Shown here one piece after another: positions 58,433 through 64,000 of a DNA stretch of 64,000 bases. Each line of letters starts with the position of its first letter. Position 1 is the first letter of the stretch. Location of the stretch: NCBI GenBank assembly GCA_963733055.1, contig CAVTBR010000001.1, positions 1,120,001 through 1,184,000 on the forward strand, read 5' to 3'. Made by a program: the position numbers and the translations under genes. Below the pieces are notes generated by a model, which was given only the letters and a program-made list of their open reading frames with translations, was not told the DNA's origin and searched no databases. The DNA is from Candidatus Bathyarchaeota archaeon (GTDB taxonomy: Archaea > Thermoproteota > Bathyarchaeia > 40CM-2-53-6).

Positions 58433-59420
58433 CACAACAGAAACCATACTCCGAACTGAGAATCTTAAGAAATACTTCCCTATCCGCAAGGGATTCAACC
58501 CATTCCTTCGCCGCGAACAACGCTTCGTTAGGGCTGTGGATGGAGTCTCGATCAGTGTCCAGAAAGGGAAAACCGTTGCGATAGTTGGCGAGTCTGGTTG
58601 CGGAAAAACCACCCTCGCAAGAACAATTGGACTAATGATGCAGCCTTCAGGAGGGAAACTCTACTTTGAAGAGAGGGATATTACCGAGGGTAAGATTGAC
58701 CGGAACCAGATCTACCGCGACATGCAAATGGTCTACCAGGACCCCGAGTCCTCTCTGGATCCTCGGATGAAAATCGGACAGTCGATAGGCGAGCCACTCC
58801 ATGGTTTAATGCGATGGGAGAAGAAAGTTGTCAACGATGCCGTGAGGAGAAGCCTCGAGCGCGTTGGCCTTTCAGCAGAGTTCGCGGAACGTTTACCCCG
58901 ACAGCTCAGCGGAGGGCAAAAGCAGCGAGTTGCAATAGCGAGAGCGATTGCGATTCAACCCTCACTTGTAATCTTGGACGAACCTACGAGTGCCCTGGAT
59001 GCCTCTGTTCAAGCGCAGATTCTCAAGCTACTGCTTGACATTCAGAAGGAGTTCAACCTCACGTACATTCTAATAACCCATAACATCGCGGTTGCAAAGT
59101 ACATGGCCGACTTCGTTGCAGTAATGTACGCCGGCAATGTTGTGGAACACGGACCTTGCAAGACAGTGATTTCCAAGCCACGACACCCTTACACCATCGC
59201 TCTAATCTCCTCAGCCCCGGTTCCAGACCCGACCACCCGCAACCTCCTCCAAACCGAAATCAAGGGAGAAGTACCCAGCGCGATAGACCCACCATCAGGG
59301 TGTAAGTTCCACCCGCGATGCCCATTCGCCGAAGGCATCTGCACTTCGTCAGTCCCGCAGCTTGAAGAGATTTCCCCAGGCCACTTCGTCGCCTGCCACT
59401 TTGTCAATAAAACCGCGTAG
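58425..59420 (+). CDS. oppF: Opp/Dpp ABC ATPase
   Basis: GESGCGKT, LSGGQ, DEPTSALD, GCKFHPRC. Confidence 0.95.
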   Translation: MTSTTETILRTENLKKYFPIRKGFNPFLRREQRFVRAVDGVSISVQKGKTVAIVGESGCGKTTLARTIGLMMQPSGGKLYFEERDITEGKIDRNQIYRDMQMVYQDPESSLDPRMKIGQSIGEPLHGLMRWEKKVVNDAVRRSLERVGLSAEFAERLPRQLSGGQKQRVAIARAIAIQPSLVILDEPTSALDASVQAQILKLLLDIQKEFNLTYILITHNIAVAKYMADFVAVMYAGNVVEHGPCKTVISKPRHPYTIALISSAPVPDPTTRNLLQTEIKGEVPSAIDPPSGCKFHPRCPFAEGICTSSVPQLEEISPGHFVACHFVNKTA

Positions 59421-59508
59421 TCATTACCTAACGGATTATGATTAATGCGGCAGAGAAAAGTCGTTATAGAAGCACCGTATTTCGGACAACATTCTGGTCG
59501 AATGAGCC

Positions 59509-60498
59509 ATGCCTCAAGTTAGCATCGGTATAGTGGGCTTAGGAACACAAGCGCAGAACCACCTACTCGTGCTTTCACGCGATAACAGAGTTCGGCTAGC
59601 CGGTGTCTCAGACATCTTGACCCCAATCGCTGAATCAACGGCTAAGAAATATGGATGCAAGAGCTACAGAACCTATCAGGAATTGATCGACTCGGAGAAA
59701 CTGGATGCAATTTGGGTTGTGACCCCCAACGTTTTCCATCATGAGGCATTGAAATATGCCCTGTCAAAGGGACTCAACATCTTCTGCGAGAAACCTATGG
59801 TCATTAAATTAGATCACGCCCGCGAACTAATCAAGCTGGTAGAATCCGCGGGCGTAACCTTTCAGGTAGGACACAACCGCAGATTCGCGTTGGTGTACAA
59901 GAAGACGAAACAGCTCCTAGCTTCCGGGAAGATCAAGCCATACATGGTCGTCATGAAGATGGTTACGGGAGAATTACAGCGCCCAGCGTGGGGGGCTGAC
60001 CCGAAAATCTCAGGCGGTCATCTCTACGACACTACGCTCCATATGCTCGACATGGCACGATGGCTATTCGGAGAAGTCAAGGAGGTTAATTGCCGAGCCG
60101 AAGCGAACGTATACCCAGGCATCCTCAACGATTTTTGGATCAACCTGACCCATAACTCGGGACTTCACGTGCCGATATTCACGTCCGGACACGCATCGTG
60201 GATAGTTCCCTTCGAACGAGTAGAAATAATCGGCGACCACGCGACCATCATCACCGAAGAGATGAACAGAGTCAGCTACACGCTCAGCTTAGACACGCCG
60301 ACAGAAGTAGAAGAGTTCCATTACCTACCCCAAACGCTCAGTTGGGGTGTTGAAGAAGAAGACAAACTGTTCATCGACGCCATCATCGGAAAACAAAAAC
60401 CTCCAGTGACGGTTTATGATGGATGCAAGGCTGTCGAAATAATCGAGGCCTGTTACCGTTCAGCCGAGTCCAGAAAACCCATCTCACTCCCACTCTAA
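59509..60498 (+). CDS. Gfo/Idh/MocA dehydrogenase (inositol-dehydrogenase-like)
   Basis: GIVGLG, CEKPM, GHNRRF, DTTLHMLD. Confidence 0.88.
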   Translation: MPQVSIGIVGLGTQAQNHLLVLSRDNRVRLAGVSDILTPIAESTAKKYGCKSYRTYQELIDSEKLDAIWVVTPNVFHHEALKYALSKGLNIFCEKPMVIKLDHARELIKLVESAGVTFQVGHNRRFALVYKKTKQLLASGKIKPYMVVMKMVTGELQRPAWGADPKISGGHLYDTTLHMLDMARWLFGEVKEVNCRAEANVYPGILNDFWINLTHNSGLHVPIFTSGHASWIVPFERVEIIGDHATIITEEMNRVSYTLSLDTPTEVEEFHYLPQTLSWGVEEEDKLFIDAIIGKQKPPVTVYDGCKAVEIIEACYRSAESRKPISLPL

Positions 60499-60501
60499 GG
60501 A

Positions 60502-61329
60502 TTGAAGGGAATCTTGAAACCATGCCTTAACCAGGACACGCTCAAGACTACTCCTACCGACAGATTCCTCGAGATCTCGAGCAAATACGGGTTCGATGCG
60601 GTAGAGTTTACAATCGATAAAATTGAAGCCACTTTACAAAACAAGACCCTCCCCGAAGTTAAAGCCTTAGTTAACCAAAAAAGACTCTCAGTCGCGAGCA
60701 TTAACGGCCCCGAAAACTTCAACTTGCTAAACGATCGGGCGTTCACGGAACTTCTCGACCGCACAGATAAGATCGTGAAAGCCGCTGGAGAACTTGATTG
60801 CCGACTACTCGTTCCGGTTCCTTCACCCGCCAGCGAAGGGATAGCTCAAGAAACTTCCGTAGCCCAAACGGCTTCGGCCCTATCGAAGATGGCTGACCGT
60901 TACGGATCTGGAGTCAGGTTGGGCCTAGAATTTCTTGGCATGAGCAATTGCAGCATAAATAACCTGCAGGCTGCGATCGAAACGATAAGACGCGTGAATA
61001 AGCCGAATGTCGGCCTCGTACTGGACTCATTCCATATGCATGTCAGCGACTCCAAATTCTCCGATATCGGCCGGTTGACGGCTGATCAGGTTTTTCTGGT
61101 GCACGTTAACGATTCTGAAAAGGGAGACAAGAAGAAACTCACGGATGCCAACCGCCTGTATCCAGGAGAAGGAGACATCAACTTGAAGGCGTTTGCCTAC
61201 GCTCTGAAGGGGATCGGGTACGACTACTACCTCAGCCTAGAACTACTTCGCCCGACCTATTGGGAGCAGGAACCAGGAGAAGTCGCGAAGAAAGGGCGTA
61301 ATTCTCTAAGTCACGTATTCGGTATATGA
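60502..61329 (+). CDS. IolI-like inosose isomerase
   Basis: CLNQDT, LEFLG, CSINN, NVGLVLDSFH, HVND, RLYPGEG and SLELLRP, close to recalled Bacillus IolI motifs. Confidence 0.8.
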   Translation: MKGILKPCLNQDTLKTTPTDRFLEISSKYGFDAVEFTIDKIEATLQNKTLPEVKALVNQKRLSVASINGPENFNLLNDRAFTELLDRTDKIVKAAGELDCRLLVPVPSPASEGIAQETSVAQTASALSKMADRYGSGVRLGLEFLGMSNCSINNLQAAIETIRRVNKPNVGLVLDSFHMHVSDSKFSDIGRLTADQVFLVHVNDSEKGDKKKLTDANRLYPGEGDINLKAFAYALKGIGYDYYLSLELLRPTYWEQEPGEVAKKGRNSLSHVFGI

Positions 61330-61348
61330 ACGATGGCTTGAGTTTGGG

Positions 61349-62332
61349 TCAGTAATTGGCGTGAATCTGCGGCTTAACCAATCTTTCGTAAACCGATTGA
61401 ATGCCCGTCATGGTTTTGCTATCTAAAGGTGGGAGTGTGCCGGCGCGGGCATTCTCCTCGATCTGTTCTATGTGTTTGGCTCCTGGGATTGCGCAAGTCA
61501 CGGCGTCGAACATCCAGATCCACCTTAGAGCCATTTGGGTCAGGTTCATGCCCGGCGGGACTAACCGTTTCAATTCTTCTACCGCCGCGACTCCTCTGTC
61601 GAGGTCAACTCCCGAGAAGGTTTCACCTCTGTCGAAAGATTCGCCGTGTACGTTGTAATTTCGATGGTCGTCGCTCGGAAACTTGGTTTCAGGTCTTATT
61701 TTTCCGGTGAGCAGGCCACTTGCGAGCGGGACACGGGCCAATATCCCAACTTTCCGTTCCTTTGCCTTCGGGAAGAATTCATCTATTGGCTTTAGGCGGA
61801 ACATGTTGAATATGATTTGGACACTTTGAACGTCTGGGTATTCGATTGACTTCAACGCTTCACTTACTTTCTCAACGCTTACCCCATAATTTCGGATTTT
61901 GCCTTTTGATTTCAGGTGGTCGAGAGCCTTGAAAACTTCAGGGCGGGAGTAAACTGGAGTGGGTGGACAGTGCAACTGCAATAGGTCGAGTGAGTCAACA
62001 TCTAGGTACTTTAGGCTGCGATCAACGAATGCCTCGAGATTTTTCAGGTTGTAACCTTCCGGAACGTGCGGGTCGAGGCGTTGTCCGGCTTTCGTGGCCA
62101 CGAAGATTTCTTCTTTGCGCTCTTTCAACAGTCGTCCAATTAGTTTCTCGCTACGGCCGTCACCATAAACGTCCGCCGTGTCGATAAAATTGACCCCTAG
62201 ATCGACTGCGCGATTCAGAACAGCGTTCGACTCCTTATCATCAACATGTCCCCAGTCGCTTCCTATTGGCCACGCCCCAAAACTCACTACTGACACTCGC
62301 ATGCCCGTGTGTCCCAACTCGCGGTACTCCAA
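61349..62332 (-). CDS. Aldo/keto reductase (IolS-like subfamily)
   Basis: FGAWPIG, DTADVYG, ATK, LQLH, GVS, IPGAK. Confidence 0.92.
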   Translation of the reverse strand: MEYRELGHTGMRVSVVSFGAWPIGSDWGHVDDKESNAVLNRAVDLGVNFIDTADVYGDGRSEKLIGRLLKERKEEIFVATKAGQRLDPHVPEGYNLKNLEAFVDRSLKYLDVDSLDLLQLHCPPTPVYSRPEVFKALDHLKSKGKIRNYGVSVEKVSEALKSIEYPDVQSVQIIFNMFRLKPIDEFFPKAKERKVGILARVPLASGLLTGKIRPETKFPSDDHRNYNVHGESFDRGETFSGVDLDRGVAAVEELKRLVPPGMNLTQMALRWIWMFDAVTCAIPGAKHIEQIEENARAGTLPPLDSKTMTGIQSVYERLVKPQIHANY

Positions 62333-62414
62333 ATCAAACTCCGTCCAATTGTTTATTCAGATTACTAATGAAATTATGCATGTCGTGAGGCGAAGAGAAG
62401 CGGGCCTTTCCCTT

Positions 62415-63608
62415 TCATGGTTTGCCAAACTCATAGGCGAGTTTCGCCAGTGAAAGGGAGCCGTATTTCAGGACATCCTCGTCCACTTTGAATTTCGCGC
62501 TGTGATTTGTGTTCGTGCAACCCTTCCTCGGGTTGATGGTACCGAGAAAATAGAACGTTCCCGGCGCTTTCTGGAGGAACCGTGAGAAATCCTCAGCACC
62601 CATAATGGGCTTACAAACGATCGTTCTAGTTCCGCGGATTGTCTTCAGCAGACGCATGACTTTGTTTGTAACTGAAGGCTCATTGACAGTTACGGGGTAA
62701 TCGTCCTCCTTGAACGAAACCACAGCCTTAGCTTTGAAGGCCCTACTAACCGACTTAGCGACTGAGGTAACGTACTTTTTCGCTCGAACTCTAGTTTTCT
62801 CGTTGAACGTGCGAATTGTTCCTTCAAGTAAAGCTTCGTCAGGAATTATGTTATCCTTCGTCCCAGCATGTATGTTGCAGACTGAAATTACGAACGGTTC
62901 ACGTTGATCGATCATTCGGCTCGTTACTCCCTGCAGCGCCGTAATTACTTGCGCCGACACGAATATCGGGTCGACAGCATCGTGGGGTGAGGAACCGTGG
63001 CCGCCCTTCCCGATTATTCTGATTTTGAATGTATCGGGGGCAGCCATTATCGGACCGGGGCGTAAGGCGAATACATTGGAGGGCTCGGTACCGCTGATGT
63101 GTAACCCGAAAACATAATCGACCTTCGGGCTCTTCATCGCCCCGTCCTCTATCATCGGTTTAGCGCCTCCTCTTCCTCCCACCTCCTCCGCAGGTTGAAA
63201 GAGAAACTTCACTTGCCCATGCAGGTCATCGCGATGCTTTGAAAGTAACATCGCGGCCCCAAGCAGCATCGCGACATGTGTGTCATGACCGCAAGCATGC
63301 ATGACTCCATTCCGTTTGGACTTGAATGGCACATCCACGTCCTCGCTAACCGGTAGCGCGTCCATGTCGGCTCGAAGCGCAACCACATTACCTTCATGCG
63401 CACCCTTCAGAAGACCAACAACCCCCGTCCCGCCTACCCCGGTCTTCACGGCAATATGTGATGCCCGAAGTTTTTGCGCAACTAACTTAGCCGTTTCATA
63501 CTCCCGGTACGACAATTCGGGGTGTGCATGGATATGCCGCCGAATGTTGATGATTTCCTTCTCGATTTGAGTCACTTCGAACTTATCGAACATTTCTGGG
63601 CCAACCAA
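62415..63608 (-). CDS. M20D amidohydrolase/carboxypeptidase
   Basis: HAHPELS, LRADMDAL, MHACGHD, FQPAEE, AEDF. Confidence 0.93.
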   Translation of the reverse strand: MVGPEMFDKFEVTQIEKEIINIRRHIHAHPELSYREYETAKLVAQKLRASHIAVKTGVGGTGVVGLLKGAHEGNVVALRADMDALPVSEDVDVPFKSKRNGVMHACGHDTHVAMLLGAAMLLSKHRDDLHGQVKFLFQPAEEVGGRGGAKPMIEDGAMKSPKVDYVFGLHISGTEPSNVFALRPGPIMAAPDTFKIRIIGKGGHGSSPHDAVDPIFVSAQVITALQGVTSRMIDQREPFVISVCNIHAGTKDNIIPDEALLEGTIRTFNEKTRVRAKKYVTSVAKSVSRAFKAKAVVSFKEDDYPVTVNEPSVTNKVMRLLKTIRGTRTIVCKPIMGAEDFSRFLQKAPGTFYFLGTINPRKGCTNTNHSAKFKVDEDVLKYGSLSLAKLAYEFGKP

Positions 63609-63681
63609 TCTTGCTAATCTAACTCGTCTCGCTTACCGAATACATAAAATGCTATCTGAAACCAAGAGAAGAATTGATTAA

Positions 63682-64000
63682 ATGCCCCAAAGAAAACTCT
63701 TCGGCACTTCGGGTATCCGGGGATCAGCGGATACTGATCTGACGCCTCAGTTTGTAAATATGCTCGGGCGGACATTTGCAGCATTTCTCAACAATCAAGG
63801 CACTGTCTTTGTCGGCCGGGATGTAAGGCTTCATTCTGAAAGGATCCAACGTGACCTGATGCTTGGTCTAAAGGAAGGGGGCATAGAAGTGGTGGATTGC
63901 GGACTTGTTCCCACGCCAGCCTTACTATGTGCGCTAAAGGAGTCGAAAGCTTCGGCGGGCGTGGTGGTGACTGGCAGCCATACTCCCGCCGACATTGGTG
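63682..64000 (+). CDS. Phosphohexomutase (PGM/PMM/GlmM family), partial
   Basis: Not in ORF track. MPQRKLFGTSGIRG...VGRD...PTP...TGSHTP runs off the right edge. Confidence 0.9.
   Translation, partial: MPQRKLFGTSGIRGSADTDLTPQFVNMLGRTFAAFLNNQGTVFVGRDVRLHSERIQRDLMLGLKEGGIEVVDCGLVPTPALLCALKESKASAGVVVTGSHTPADIG

Overview
Archaeal chromosomal window; Bathyarchaeia-like by inference from gene content, frequent TTG/GTG starts, GGAGGTG-type RBSs and TATA-like promoters. It has four blocks. (1) 1-13.4 kb: a type IV pilus locus with at least three large Cys-rich paralogous pilins, two small pilins, an assembly ATPase, two TadC/GspF membrane proteins (one frameshifted), a membrane-anchored methyltransferase and a FlaK/PibD-type prepilin peptidase. 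(2) 13.4-37.2 kb: an accessory surface and signalling region with a TrmB regulator, a 1077-aa secreted protein, two membrane proteins carrying internal pilin-head-like domains and a shared Zn-ribbon tail, four stand-alone DUF3227/NitrOD5-like paralogs, Lrp-type and RHH-V4R-like regulators, MFS/APC transporters and AbrB/PIN toxin-antitoxin modules. (3) 37.3-62.3 kb: a ~25-kb cyclitol/amine catabolic cluster with Thermotoga-type iolM/iolN/iolO, a DegT-family aminotransferase, a Cgl0159-like aldolase barrel, a PPi-type PfkA, two Gfo/Idh/MocA enzymes, two IolI-like isomerases, further Zn dehydrogenases, a class III aminotransferase, an FAD oxidoreductase, an Opp-type ABC importer and an aldo-keto reductase. 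(4) An M20 amidohydrolase and the start of a phosphohexomutase. The best candidates for new biology are the archaeal aminocyclitol/inositol pathway with a possible kinase-aldolase lower branch, the thioredoxin/GOLD/pilin-head surface proteins, displaced copies of the prepilin-peptidase 3' end beside TA modules, and an unannotated 26-aa micro-gene. No rRNA, tRNA, CRISPR array, integrase or transposase was recognised. All family calls come from motif recognition and memory of known proteins; no database searches were run.
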